A stretch of DNA of 63,001 nt from a virus. Taxonomy: Duplodnaviria > Heunggongvirae > Uroviricota > Caudoviricetes. The stretch is from IMG/VR virus record IMGVR_UViG_3300022697_000186, positions 173,091 to 236,091 of that record; one strand, 5' to 3'. The translations under genes and the position numbers were made by a program. This document shows positions 29,116-39,731 of this stretch, piece after piece (position 1 is the stretch's first letter; the number at the start of each line of letters is the position of its first letter). Under the pieces are notes generated by a model that worked only from the letters and a program-made list of their open reading frames with translations, searched no databases and was not told where the DNA came from.

Positions 29116-31083
29116 TTATTTATATCCCATTAACTTAGGTGCTGCTGAAATCATATATTTTGCTACTTCTGCTGCACCTACTATATCTTCAAACATACCT
29201 TTACTCCATTCAACAATATCTTCCATTCTAGTAGATAAATTCGGATCAGTACCAGTATCAAGAACAAAATTATAAATTTTTACATCAGTATCTTGTCCAA
29301 TTCTATGAACTCTATCCTCCGCTTGTAATTTATCTGTATGTCTCCAAGGTGAATTAATAAAAACTATTGTGTTTGCTTCAATTAACGTAACACCAGTACT
29401 TAAAGTTTGTATAGTAGCTATTAAAGGATTTGATTTATAATCATCTTCAAATTTCATTAATATAGATTTAATGTTACTAGATGTTTCACCATAAACAAGT
29501 AATGGTTTACGTTTACAAGTTTTTTCAACGTATTCATTTGCTTTCTTTACAACATCAACATATGTAGTAAAACATACAGTCTTTTTTTCAGCTGACTTAA
29601 TTATTTCACATAATGGACTTGATTTAATCATATCTGAATACATTTGGGCTCTTAATCTATTTAATAAACCACCAATAACTTCACCCATTATTTTAAGATT
29701 TACATATTTAATTACAGATTTAGCTTCTTTAAACTTCTTTTTAATTTCAATAGGTAAGTTTGGCATTAATATTTCTTTTTCATATACATTTGCAATCTTT
29801 ACTCTTTCAACTAATTTTTTATCTCTAGCATTATATCCATATTTTTTTAAATAATCAACAGTGGATTTGTACTCTTCAAATTTCTTGGTTTCTTCAAAAG
29901 ACCAAGAATCTTCTACTGATTTTTTAGATATATAATCAATAACTTCATCAAAATCATTTTGATATTTTCCCATATTTTTATTATAATAAAGAGTTCGTTC
30001 TCTTATATAATCAACAACTTTTGTTTTTACATTTTCTAAAGTATACTCTTTTGAATTAGATGTTTTAATTTTAACTTCTTTATATTCTTTATTAGGTAAA
30101 TTTAATACTTCAATCTTCATTTTCCTATGCATTATCATACCTAATCTATTTCTAAGTATCTGGGAAGCTACAGCAGTACTTAAACCAAATACTTTAACAA
30201 AAATTGATTTAGCGTCATCATCAAATAATGGATCTAAAATACTTAGCGCAGGAATCATCTCTGTACCCATAGCTTTAATAGGAGTACCACTCATTAATAA
30301 TACATCATTTGTTTTAGTAACTTTAGCTATAGAAACTAATTTTAATACACGTTTGGCATCTTTATTTCTAAAATTATGACTTTCATCAACTATTATTCCA
30401 GTTCTTTTAGATGCTATTACAAAGGGAAGTATTTGACTTAATTTTTCTATGGATTCATAATTCACTATGTAAAATCTACTCTTCTTAGGTTTGTCACCAA
30501 TAATCCAAATATTCTGCTTCTCGCTAAATATAGAATTAATTTCATTTTCCCAAACTGTTCTTAAAACACTTTTAGGTGCTATTATAATAACAGCATCTTT
30601 TTTCAAACCTTGCATTAGAGCTAAAGATGTAAATGTTTTTCCTAAACCTTGTTCAAATGCTAAAATATAACCATTTAAATTATACTTTCTTTTATTTTGA
30701 TCATAATTCTGTATAAAATTATTTTGATAAGATTTTAACGTATATTTAAAATCAGAACTTTTTACATTAACACCACTGGAAAGATTTTTAGATACATTTG
30801 ACATCCATGTTTTTTCTAATATCATATTTTGTATAGTAATGTAAACATTCTTTTTATTTGAAAAAGTAGACAGTTCAGATAATATATAAACCAGTTCAGG
30901 TAAAAAGAATTTATGAACAATTATATTACCATGACCAAAAATAGAAAAAGTGTTATCAAATATTTTTGATATTCTTGATGTTTTGTACCTCTTCTTTAAA
31001 TCTCTACGAAAACTATTAATTGGAAACCTAGTTATTTTAACAGTATTACCAGTTGGATCATCTATTACATCTAAAAATATCAT
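29116..31083 (-). CDS. SNF2-family helicase/ATPase
   Basis: LAFEQGLGKT, DESH, MSGTP, STGVTL, QAEDRVHRIGQ. Confidence 0.92.
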   Translation of the reverse strand: MIFLDVIDDPTGNTVKITRFPINSFRRDLKKRYKTSRISKIFDNTFSIFGHGNIIVHKFFLPELVYILSELSTFSNKKNVYITIQNMILEKTWMSNVSKNLSSGVNVKSSDFKYTLKSYQNNFIQNYDQNKRKYNLNGYILAFEQGLGKTFTSLALMQGLKKDAVIIIAPKSVLRTVWENEINSIFSEKQNIWIIGDKPKKSRFYIVNYESIEKLSQILPFVIASKRTGIIVDESHNFRNKDAKRVLKLVSIAKVTKTNDVLLMSGTPIKAMGTEMIPALSILDPLFDDDAKSIFVKVFGLSTAVASQILRNRLGMIMHRKMKIEVLNLPNKEYKEVKIKTSNSKEYTLENVKTKVVDYIRERTLYYNKNMGKYQNDFDEVIDYISKKSVEDSWSFEETKKFEEYKSTVDYLKKYGYNARDKKLVERVKIANVYEKEILMPNLPIEIKKKFKEAKSVIKYVNLKIMGEVIGGLLNRLRAQMYSDMIKSSPLCEIIKSAEKKTVCFTTYVDVVKKANEYVEKTCKRKPLLVYGETSSNIKSILMKFEDDYKSNPLIATIQTLSTGVTLIEANTIVFINSPWRHTDKLQAEDRVHRIGQDTDVKIYNFVLDTGTDPNLSTRMEDIVEWSKGMFEDIVGAAEVAKYMISAAPKLMGYK

Positions 31084-31096
31084 TTAAATAAATCTT

Positions 31097-31912
31097 TTAT
31101 GAAAACATCTTAAGAATTTTTAATTTAATATTTTTAAAATTAATAAGAGAACCTGATAATGCAATTGATTTAACTTTTGATGTTTTTAATATATTTTCAA
31201 TTCTATCTTTTAATTCTGGATGTTCATCATTTTTATAAAGATTAGACATTAATACACTACATTGTTGAGATTTTGGATTAATTGATGAGTCTTCACATAT
31301 TTTTTTTCTAATAAATTCTTCAACTTTTTTTAATGCAGAAATTAATTCACGTCCATAACCCTTTTTAGTGGCAAACGAATCAGAATAATATTCCCATTTT
31401 CTACCTGTTGGTAATTGTTTAGTTTGTTCTGCTCCAATATATCCTAAAAATACTAAAAATTGCAAATATATAACATATAAAAGTGGAACAAATGTAGATA
31501 ATAATGATGTGATTACTGCTAATATAAATCCACTAAATATGGTTGTTTTATTTTTCTGATTTAATTGAGATATATGATTACCATGATGATGACCATATTC
31601 ATGCAGTAATACGGCAACCATTTCTTTTTCATTCAATAATTTAACTAATCCTGTTGTATAATTTAAGGATGGTATTTCTTCAAATACAAATGCATTTGGT
31701 TCTTTGTTAAGAATTTCATATACTTTAACATCATTATCCTTTAAAATATCCTTAAATTTCTTTGTATATTTTTCATTTAATTTTCTTTTAGATATTATAT
31801 TATTTCTTGTCATCTTAGGTAACAATGTAAACATTAATAACATCATTACTGCATTTAATACTGATATAATTACATTTATATTTTCTTTAACATATTTCTC
31901 TGATATATACAT
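31097..31912 (-). CDS. M48/HtpX-like membrane zinc metalloprotease with YISEKY leader
   Basis: EPNAF, AVLLHEYGH, EYYSD, HP...RI; transmembrane segments. Confidence 0.85.
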   Translation of the reverse strand: MYISEKYVKENINVIISVLNAVMMLLMFTLLPKMTRNNIISKRKLNEKYTKKFKDILKDNDVKVYEILNKEPNAFVFEEIPSLNYTTGLVKLLNEKEMVAVLLHEYGHHHGNHISQLNQKNKTTIFSGFILAVITSLLSTFVPLLYVIYLQFLVFLGYIGAEQTKQLPTGRKWEYYSDSFATKKGYGRELISALKKVEEFIRKKICEDSSINPKSQQCSVLMSNLYKNDEHPELKDRIENILKTSKVKSIALSGSLINFKNIKLKILKMFS

Positions 31913-31925
31913 GTTATAACCCCTT

Positions 31926-32612
31926 TTAATCTTCTTTTGGTGGCATTGTAGATTTATATTGATTAAAAACTTTTTGAGACATTAAACCAGCAACTTTTGC
32001 TAAATCAACATAAAAATATTTTTCAATTGGTTTTGAATTTTTTACTGCATATTCAGCATAACTGCCATCAAAAGTCATTTGATCATATTTTTCAAAAGAA
32101 TCTTCACTTAAAATTTTTTCTACAATATCTATTACACTTACACCATTAATTTCAGTCTCTCTAGCATAAACTCCTTCCCAAAATGATAGTGGTTGATCAT
32201 CACCAGCAAACCGCATAATAATTGGATCACTTATATTTTTAGGAGGTTTAACATACAATCCATATGTGTTTTTTATACCTTTTCCATATAACATTTCTTT
32301 TAAGTGTAAATTTATTGAATCATATAAACCATCATTTAATGTATTCATTACATATTTATCACAAGATTGTTTAGTTAATGCTTTAATCATTACTTCATTA
32401 ACTGCTTTTTTTGAAAATCCCGTCTTTAGTAAAAATTTAGGTATTAATTTACTTTCTATTTTCCAAATTATATCAGAACCTTTTTTAAGGTTTGGTTGAA
32501 GTTTCTTTGTTATTATTTTACTTAATTTTGAAATATATATATATTGTTCTTTATTTAAACCTGTTAATTTTTTATTTATCCAATCTCCTGTTATACCTTC
32601 TGATATATACAT
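31926..32612 (-). CDS. Hypothetical protein with YISE leader
   Basis: Starts MYISEG; 228 aa. Confidence 0.7.
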   Translation of the reverse strand: MYISEGITGDWINKKLTGLNKEQYIYISKLSKIITKKLQPNLKKGSDIIWKIESKLIPKFLLKTGFSKKAVNEVMIKALTKQSCDKYVMNTLNDGLYDSINLHLKEMLYGKGIKNTYGLYVKPPKNISDPIIMRFAGDDQPLSFWEGVYARETEINGVSVIDIVEKILSEDSFEKYDQMTFDGSYAEYAVKNSKPIEKYFYVDLAKVAGLMSQKVFNQYKSTMPPKED

Positions 32613-32613
32613 G

Positions 32614-33399
32614 TTATAACTCCTTTACGTATTTTTTAAATTTATCCATATTCTCTAATATATATTTAGGAACATTTAATTTCTCTACGAATTTATATTT
32701 ATTAAGTTTTCTACCAAATAAATCTTTACCTTCTCTTAAACATTTTTCAACATTTTCTTTGTTCCAATATTTCTCAGTACTATATTCAGCATGAGCCATT
32801 ATTTTTAATTTTTTTATTACTCGTTCAACTCCACCTAAATAAGAAAAATGCCATCCTGCATTATTAATAGCTTTAAAATTATTTCGTTCTAATCTCATAT
32901 CCGATAATGCTTTATTTTTCAAGTGTTTTCCTCTCATGGAAATAACAGCTCTCCAAGATGATAATGATTGGCAATTTAAATAATAATAATAAAGATGTTG
33001 CATTAATGTAACAGGTTTTTGTTCTTTCTTTAAAATAGGAAGAACATCTGGATTCATAATTTCATCTACATCTCCAGATATAATTAAATCATTAGATTTA
33101 AATTTAACTTGTTGGATTGCATTACGTTGATGATTTTCATTATACCATCTAGAACGTTTACCTTCTGGAAGTTTATCTTTAGGTAATAATCCATTATCTA
33201 TTATATGAATTATTTTATCTTTAAACTTCCTAAATCTAAGATCATTTTTAACTAATTCAAAATATAAAGGTTTCTTTTCTCCAGATTGAGTATAAGGTCC
33301 TTCTGATATAACAAACTTATCAACTATTGAATTCATAGTATTTAATTGAACTTCTAACAAATCATATTCATCATTAAACATGAAACAATAATAAATCAT
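32614..33399 (-). CDS. Glycosyltransferase family 17-like (beta-1,4-GlcNAc transferase type)
   Basis: FMFNDEYDLL, VDKFVISE, ENHQRN, GDVDEI, AGWHFSY. Confidence 0.88.
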   Translation of the reverse strand: MIYYCFMFNDEYDLLEVQLNTMNSIVDKFVISEGPYTQSGEKKPLYFELVKNDLRFRKFKDKIIHIIDNGLLPKDKLPEGKRSRWYNENHQRNAIQQVKFKSNDLIISGDVDEIMNPDVLPILKKEQKPVTLMQHLYYYYLNCQSLSSWRAVISMRGKHLKNKALSDMRLERNNFKAINNAGWHFSYLGGVERVIKKLKIMAHAEYSTEKYWNKENVEKCLREGKDLFGRKLNKYKFVEKLNVPKYILENMDKFKKYVKEL

Positions 33400-34055
33400 T
33401 TAAATTTCTCATGACGTTTTAAAGCTTTTTCATAAAGTTTATAATCTTTTTCAAAATATTTTCTCATCTGTTCTTTATCATATTCAGAAACAATAGGTTT
33501 TTTAGGGTTGACATTTTTTGGCTCTAATCTTTCACCTAAATCTACTTCAAATATTTTTTCAAATTGTTTTAAACTTTCTTCATAATTTTCTACAATACCA
33601 ATAAATTTAAAATTACTTAATCCACAATTTATTATTTTAGACATATAATTATTATATATTTCACAAAAATCATATAACGTACAATCAGTATATAATCTTT
33701 CAACTGTTTCATGAAGTTTTTCTCTGCCTGAATTTATTTTTTGTCTATAATAATAATAATGAGAAATTATTCTTTCTACTGGATCTCTAACCCATGTTAT
33801 CATTTTTATATTAGAATATTTATATTTACTAGCTCTCACATGTCCACAAATAAAAGGTTGATTTTGATAATTAACAATAATATTATTTTTAGGAGATACT
33901 CCGATTACAACATGTTCTTCTAAATTTAAAACATCAGTTTTATCAAAATAAATATCTTCTTCATTATAAATATTCTGTTTCAATAAATCAACAAAAGTAT
34001 TACCACCAGTTTTTTGTAAATGTATAAATACTAATTTAGGTTTATTTTTTTCCAT
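33396..34055 (-). CDS. Sulfotransferase family 2-like protein
   Basis: PAPS-binding motifs FIHLQKTGGNT and RDPVERIISHY; D..LY C-terminus; likely start MEKNKPK. Confidence 0.85.
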   Translation of the reverse strand: MEKNKPKLVFIHLQKTGGNTFVDLLKQNIYNEEDIYFDKTDVLNLEEHVVIGVSPKNNIIVNYQNQPFICGHVRASKYKYSNIKMITWVRDPVERIISHYYYYRQKINSGREKLHETVERLYTDCTLYDFCEIYNNYMSKIINCGLSNFKFIGIVENYEESLKQFEKIFEVDLGERLEPKNVNPKKPIVSEYDKEQMRKYFEKDYKLYEKALKRHEKFK

Positions 34056-34833
34056 CAATATGAAACCTTTCCATATTAGCATAACCTTCTTTCATTGGTC
34101 TACCTCTTGGAATATTTCTTAAGTTTTTTCCATGTAAAATTTGCAGCCACATAGGGTTATTTCCATCTGTTTTAATTTGTTCAGGTTTTGTATATTTAAT
34201 CATCGTAGTATGATGTTCGTAGTGTACTGTTTTAATTAATTTGTCTGTTACAGGTTCAATTAAACTTATAAAAGGATTAGCACCAGTACCAACATAAGGA
34301 AAATGTCTAACTACATTTTTCCTTTCTTCAAAAATATAACCATTAACAAAATTTAATATCTGATTTTTTTGAATAGGTTTAAATTTTTTTTGTACAATTT
34401 CTATATATCTATCACTTAATCCATCATCACAATCAAGCCTAGAAGTAATAACAAACTTAGTATCCTTATCTAATCTTGATTTAATATCATCAGAAATTAT
34501 TTGTTGATGTTTTTTACCATAATCCCAACAATAAGGTTTCTTTAAAAATATTGGAGTAATTCTATCCAAACCTTTAAGTAACTTTCTATTAGTCATTTCA
34601 TCATCAAAATAAACTAACCATTCAAAATTTTGATTTTTTTGATTAACAATACTAGGATAACAATATTTTTTAAAATATTTCATTCTATGTTCTAACCATT
34701 CAGCAGGAGGTGCTTTACAACTTTTTAAATGTGAAGTATTATTATATTCACTTATTTGATCTTCATTAAGAGGATACCAATGATACGCTACATTTACATG
34801 GGTACAAATAAAATGTTTAAATTGATTAGACAT
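34042..34833 (-). CDS. GT-A fold glycosyltransferase (putative rhamnosyltransferase-like)
   Basis: HRMKYF..CYPSIVNQKNQNFEWL, SRLDCDD, WLQILHGKN. Confidence 0.8.
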   Translation of the reverse strand: MSNQFKHFICTHVNVAYHWYPLNEDQISEYNNTSHLKSCKAPPAEWLEHRMKYFKKYCYPSIVNQKNQNFEWLVYFDDEMTNRKLLKGLDRITPIFLKKPYCWDYGKKHQQIISDDIKSRLDKDTKFVITSRLDCDDGLSDRYIEIVQKKFKPIQKNQILNFVNGYIFEERKNVVRHFPYVGTGANPFISLIEPVTDKLIKTVHYEHHTTMIKYTKPEQIKTDGNNPMWLQILHGKNLRNIPRGRPMKEGYANMERFHIDGKK

Positions 34834-35341
34834 TATATACCTTATTTAATATTAAATTCACTGTTTCATTTATGTTTAATTTTTCAGTATTAACTATTAT
34901 GTCCGGTTTATTAGGAGTTTCAAATATAGAATCAATTCCAGTATAATTTTTTATTAAACCATCTTTAACTTTTTGATAAAAACCTTTTGGATCACGTTCC
35001 ATACATTTTTTTAATGAACATTCAACAAAAATTTCATAGTAATCATAATCTTTTAAAGTCTCTCTTATTAAACCTCTATCTTCATTAAAAGGAGTAATAA
35101 AAGAAGCTAATACTAAATGTCCTTTTTTAGCAAACAATTTGGCTACTTCGGATGCTCTTCTAAGATTTTCTTTTCTATCTTCATCACTAAAACCTAAATT
35201 TTTATTTAATCCTTGTCTTAAATCATCACCGTCCAATATAACAACTCTCTCATCTTTATCAAGTAATCTTTTTTCTAATTCTAATGCTAGTGTAGTTTTA
35301 CCCGCTCCGGATAAACCAGTAAACCAAAAAACTTTTTTCAA
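34826..35341 (-). CDS. cysC: Adenylylsulfate (APS) kinase
   Basis: WFTGLSGAGKTT, LDGDDLR, LGFSDEDRKEN, RDPKGFY, TGIDS.FE.P. Confidence 0.95.
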   Translation of the reverse strand: MKKVFWFTGLSGAGKTTLALELEKRLLDKDERVVILDGDDLRQGLNKNLGFSDEDRKENLRRASEVAKLFAKKGHLVLASFITPFNEDRGLIRETLKDYDYYEIFVECSLKKCMERDPKGFYQKVKDGLIKNYTGIDSIFETPNKPDIIVNTEKLNINETVNLILNKVYNV

Positions 35342-35353
35342 ACTATTCCTCCA

Positions 35354-36238
35354 TTATTTAGAATATTTTTTTAATCTTTTTACACCAGTAAATACTAATT
35401 TTTTAAATAAGTCTGATTTAATTTTCTTCCCCCAAAACGTACTGAATTGTGTAGCACCAGGTATTTCACTTGCCATCATTGTAGCATAAAACCTAGATAT
35501 ATCTTCAAATATAGGTAGTGAAGATATACCACCTATATTAATAATTGTTTGTGAAAATTTATTTTCGGAAATAGGTATTATATTATTATCATTTATAGCC
35601 TTTAAAAACTGAATAGTTGATCTAAAATCATAATCTAAATTTAAATCATCAGCATTTACCAATAAGGTATTAGCTGTTTTTTTAATCATTTGTGGTGTCA
35701 ATTTAATACCAAACATACCAGCTCTTACATATATTTTTATAAAAAATTTAAGAGTAGGTATTAAATTTTTATATGCACCAATTAATCCCGCACGCTTTCC
35801 AAACAATTTCATAAATATAGAAAATATAAAATCAGATACATCATTTTCTAAATCATTAGAAAATACAGACTTATTTATAAATGTACTTAATGCTATTGTA
35901 TATAAATATAAAGAATAAACATCTGAACTGGTGTAATCTGAACTATACGTTGCAGGTAAAACACCCAAATTGACAACAGGTAATCCTTTAATTGTAACGA
36001 ATCCAGGTAATGGATATTTATCCATTTTAACTGCTAAACATTTACGCGCCTGAACTTCTATTATATCACTAGTAGATTGTTTTTTAATTCTTCCAAAGTT
36101 TCTAATTAGTTGATGTAAGTATGTAACATCACCCTTATCTAATTCATAAGCCTTTAAAGTACCTCTACCTAAAGGAACTATATTATGTAACTTACCATCA
36201 GTTTTATAGATTAATTCGAATTCATTTTTAATTCTCAT
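35354..36238 (-). CDS. Hypothetical protein
   Basis: 294-aa ORF. Confidence 0.7.
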   Translation of the reverse strand: MRIKNEFELIYKTDGKLHNIVPLGRGTLKAYELDKGDVTYLHQLIRNFGRIKKQSTSDIIEVQARKCLAVKMDKYPLPGFVTIKGLPVVNLGVLPATYSSDYTSSDVYSLYLYTIALSTFINKSVFSNDLENDVSDFIFSIFMKLFGKRAGLIGAYKNLIPTLKFFIKIYVRAGMFGIKLTPQMIKKTANTLLVNADDLNLDYDFRSTIQFLKAINDNNIIPISENKFSQTIINIGGISSLPIFEDISRFYATMMASEIPGATQFSTFWGKKIKSDLFKKLVFTGVKRLKKYSK

Positions 36239-36247
36239 TTATATCCT

Positions 36248-36739
36248 TTATAATATTGTAGCTAATTTTCTTATATTTTCAAATTCATTTTGATCTAGAG
36301 GATGTATACTAAAATCACTTAAATTTTGAGATGTTTCTTTCACAATTTCTTTTTTTGTGGATATTTTATCTCTGGTTAATTTTAAAATTAAATCAAACGG
36401 AGGAACCAAAAGTTCATCAAATCCTTTAAAATCTTCAATACTATGTATTCTATTAACAAATAATATTAAAGGCCAAAATATAGTATTCCCATAAAAATGA
36501 TGAGATACATAATCTGGACGTTGAAACCAGTTAGGCTCAAACTTGTATTTTTTGGATTTAGCTAATAATAAAAAAAAATTTTGCTCATATGTTTCGATGG
36601 TGGGAGATGGATAATTTACACTAATTGGAGTTGTACTATCACCTACTACAGTATCTTCTACTGTTAAAGTCTCCCTCATATTATCAAGATCTACTGCTAA
36701 TTTAGCATTACGAAATGCTTCTGTATTTATTGTTTCCAT
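36248..36739 (-). CDS. Baseplate wedge protein, T4 gp53-like (LysM-like)
   Basis: RPDYVSHHFYGNTIFWPLILFVNRI motif. Confidence 0.8.
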   Translation of the reverse strand: METINTEAFRNAKLAVDLDNMRETLTVEDTVVGDSTTPISVNYPSPTIETYEQNFFLLLAKSKKYKFEPNWFQRPDYVSHHFYGNTIFWPLILFVNRIHSIEDFKGFDELLVPPFDLILKLTRDKISTKKEIVKETSQNLSDFSIHPLDQNEFENIRKLATIL

Positions 36740-36755
36740 ATGATTATATTCTGTT

Positions 36756-37043
36756 TTACAAGACTGTTCTTCTAACTCTTCGACTCATAAGTTTAGATGC
36801 TTGTTTTCCCTTTGAATATGCAGCTCCAACTGGTGACTTACCTACTTTTTTGATTGATCTATTAAGTAATTTTTTAGCTGATTTAACGGTTCCTAATTTA
36901 GAAATAGGTTTTGTAGCTGCATTAACTCCACCTTTACTTAAAGTACTTCTAGATTTATTTAATACATCGGCACCTTTGCTTAATACTTTCTTTGCTAATT
37001 TTCCAAAAACACTTTCGATATAAATTTCTGATACATATTTCAT
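36756..37043 (-). CDS. Small very basic protein with YVSE leader
   Basis: MKYVSEIYIE followed by a K/R-rich body. Confidence 0.7.
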   Translation of the reverse strand: MKYVSEIYIESVFGKLAKKVLSKGADVLNKSRSTLSKGGVNAATKPISKLGTVKSAKKLLNRSIKKVGKSPVGAAYSKGKQASKLMSRRVRRTVL

Positions 37044-37060
37044 TTTAATCTCCTTTATTT

Positions 37061-37249
37061 TTAACCTAAATTTGGTGTTCTAGCTTTTATTTTTAAAATA
37101 TCTGTCTCGAGTGGTGTTTTACATAATTGATCATTCCCACATGCTTTAATTTTTAATGTTAATTTACTTATAGCATTTTTAGCCATTTTTAAAAAAACAG
37201 GACTAGCCATTTCATTTAAAATATATTTTTCTGATACGTAACTAGCCAT
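37061..37249 (-). CDS. Small protein with YVSEKY leader
   Basis: MASYVSEKYILNE; GGAG upstream of the ATG ending at 37249. Confidence 0.6.
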   Translation of the reverse strand: MASYVSEKYILNEMASPVFLKMAKNAISKLTLKIKACGNDQLCKTPLETDILKIKARTPNLG

Positions 37250-37847
37250 TATATTTCTCCTTACTCCAAGTTTGTTTATCCCAACCACAATTTTCTTTAT
37301 TTATTTTCAATCTACCTTGAATTGTTAATAAATCATCTTCTTCCATATGATGACCATATTGTGCAATCAAATGTTCATATTCACCATGAATTAATTCAAT
37401 TGGTATTTGTAGGAAGCCATTGTGAAATTTCTGATGAATAGAAGATAATAAAGGTATAAAACCTACTCTATTTTCATAATGTAATTCAATTACTTTTATA
37501 CATACATCATAACTACAAAATTCTTTATTACTATTAATAAAACTTAAAATTACACTTTTTGTTAATATATAAAGCCCAACTGGATGATGATGTACATCTA
37601 CAGAAGTTTGAGCATGAACTTCACCAGTTAAAGCACAAGAATAAAATCCTAATACTTCTCTAATGTAATCAGTCCATACTCTATATTCTGGCGCCCGTCT
37701 TATTGAAGTTTCACATGATTTAATAAAACGATTAAGAGTTTTTTCATCATCAAAATTCTCACGTCTAAGTTTTAAAGTATATGGAAATTCTTCAGAACTT
37801 AGTTCCTGAGATTCAACATCAGAAATTATTTTTGCTAGGTTTTCCAT
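37242..37847 (-). CDS. HNH-like fold protein
   Basis: CALTG..VDVHHHP..PLLSSIHQKFH. Confidence 0.55.
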   Translation of the reverse strand: MENLAKIISDVESQELSSEEFPYTLKLRRENFDDEKTLNRFIKSCETSIRRAPEYRVWTDYIREVLGFYSCALTGEVHAQTSVDVHHHPVGLYILTKSVILSFINSNKEFCSYDVCIKVIELHYENRVGFIPLLSSIHQKFHNGFLQIPIELIHGEYEHLIAQYGHHMEEDDLLTIQGRLKINKENCGWDKQTWSKEKYNG

Positions 37848-37866
37848 ATTATAAATCTTTATTTGA

Positions 37867-38055
37867 CTATTTTTTTCTAGAGGCGAGTAAACGTTTAGTT
37901 AGTTCTATAGATTTTTTTGCCTCATCAGTAACATTCGTTAAAATTTTTTTTATTGGACCACTTTTTTTTAATCTTGCGCTTAATCGTTTAGCTGCAATAT
38001 CTGCAACACCTTCTGAACAATATTCTTCTTCTAAAAATTTAATATAAGCTTCCAT
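37867..38055 (-). CDS. Small protein with acidic leader and basic body
   Basis: MEAYIKFLEEEYCSE followed by a K/R-rich helix. Confidence 0.55.
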   Translation of the reverse strand: MEAYIKFLEEEYCSEGVADIAAKRLSARLKKSGPIKKILTNVTDEAKKSIELTKRLLASRKK

Positions 38056-38059
38056 TTAT

Positions 38060-39718
38060 TTACGTCTCCTTATAATAGTTATAAATATAATTACCACAGT
38101 CCCAAATCCTATCGAAACCGTTTAATTGCATGTTTTGCCATTCAGTTAAAGTTGAATCAAATGATTCTAATAAATCTTTCAACTTATGTTTCTGATATTT
38201 CATACGGGATTCTCTATTAAAGTTTTTAATATAATGATAACTAGGATTAGTAAGTTCTTTATATTTAAATCCTGAATTTAAATAACCTGAACCAGTACCA
38301 AATCTAGCATCAGCATAAGTGATAATTGAACTACCAGGATTTAACTTTTTAAAGTAACTTAGTAATTTAGATAGACCACCAGTAACTGATGTGTTTAACT
38401 TATTACAGAATCTTAAAATCTCATAATCGATTGACTTATTAAATCTAGATTTACCCATAGTAATCATTGAAACTAAATCATTATTATAAAAAAGACCTAA
38501 ATGAATTCCATTTATTTCACTCTGAAGATGGTTATTAAATAAGAATTGTTTAGCTATCTTGTTCTCTACAGATTTAATTTTACATTTTCTAGCGAATATT
38601 TTATTGGGAGATTTACCCATTTTGTTTAAAAGAATTGATTTCACTATATCTTGTTTCTCAAACCACTCGTCCTCAAATATCTGTATCAAATGAATACCTT
38701 TTTGTTTTGCAAGTAAAGTTTTATTCTGATGATATTTAGGTTCTGTATTACTACCTAGTTCCGAATGCCAATATAATCCATGATATTCAATACCTAACTT
38801 TAGCTCTTCAATATAGATATCAATTTCTTTTCCATCAAGTATAGTTCTATCTTGTTTAGCATCTGGATAGTATTGTCTTATGAAAGATAGGACTTCTAGC
38901 TCACCTTTAGATGTTCCATTTAATTTTGGATAACACTTGAAACATCTTGGAATCTTTCCATTATCTATATTATCCTCAAATTCAGTTTCACACTTGTTAC
39001 ATTTCCATGAATAATTTTTATATTCATTTGTTCCAGTATAATCTTCAAATTTAAATAAAGGTGTAACTAGATCTTTTAATCTGTCTGAATTTAATAAGTT
39101 ATTAAAAAATTTTTTATGTATTGTCTGTTTAGATTTCTCTTTTATTATCTTATTTTGATTTGGATTTTCTACACTGTATCTTTTTAAACATGTTTGTTTA
39201 TATTTTTCTTTTACAACTTCAGATTTCATTGGGTTATTAACACTGTATCTTTTTAATATTGTGCGTTTAAATTTTTCTTTACCTTTTACCGATTGTAAAT
39301 AATATTCTGCATTATAATTTTTTAAACAAGTATCTTTTTTCTTTTGCTTTATTTCTTCAACTTGTGAAATATTTTCTACACTGTATTTATCTAATAAAGT
39401 TTTCTTTATCTTATCTTTTATGGTTTTATTTTGAAAAGTATTCTCTACCCCGTATTTACCTAAACAAGTTTTCTTATATTTTTCTAATTTTTTAGGTGAT
39501 TTATTAGAACATTGTACGGAACAATATTCAGAAAAGCCTTTTAAAATACCAAGAAATATTAATTCTTTATTACAATAACATTTTTTTACTTTTCCTATAA
39601 ATTTTAGGTAATAATCTTTAATATTTGGATGAGAATTTTTACCTTTTTGATGTCTAAGATGAATTGATAATCCATGCAAATTATTGTATTTTTTATTACA
39701 TATTTTACATTCTACCAT
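38060..39718 (-). CDS. Repeat-array endonuclease paralog (5 repeats)
   Basis: Same conserved C-terminal module. Confidence 0.85.
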   Translation of the reverse strand: MVECKICNKKYNNLHGLSIHLRHQKGKNSHPNIKDYYLKFIGKVKKCYCNKELIFLGILKGFSEYCSVQCSNKSPKKLEKYKKTCLGKYGVENTFQNKTIKDKIKKTLLDKYSVENISQVEEIKQKKKDTCLKNYNAEYYLQSVKGKEKFKRTILKRYSVNNPMKSEVVKEKYKQTCLKRYSVENPNQNKIIKEKSKQTIHKKFFNNLLNSDRLKDLVTPLFKFEDYTGTNEYKNYSWKCNKCETEFEDNIDNGKIPRCFKCYPKLNGTSKGELEVLSFIRQYYPDAKQDRTILDGKEIDIYIEELKLGIEYHGLYWHSELGSNTEPKYHQNKTLLAKQKGIHLIQIFEDEWFEKQDIVKSILLNKMGKSPNKIFARKCKIKSVENKIAKQFLFNNHLQSEINGIHLGLFYNNDLVSMITMGKSRFNKSIDYEILRFCNKLNTSVTGGLSKLLSYFKKLNPGSSIITYADARFGTGSGYLNSGFKYKELTNPSYHYIKNFNRESRMKYQKHKLKDLLESFDSTLTEWQNMQLNGFDRIWDCGNYIYNYYKET

Positions 39719-39731
39719 ATTAAAGTTTTAT

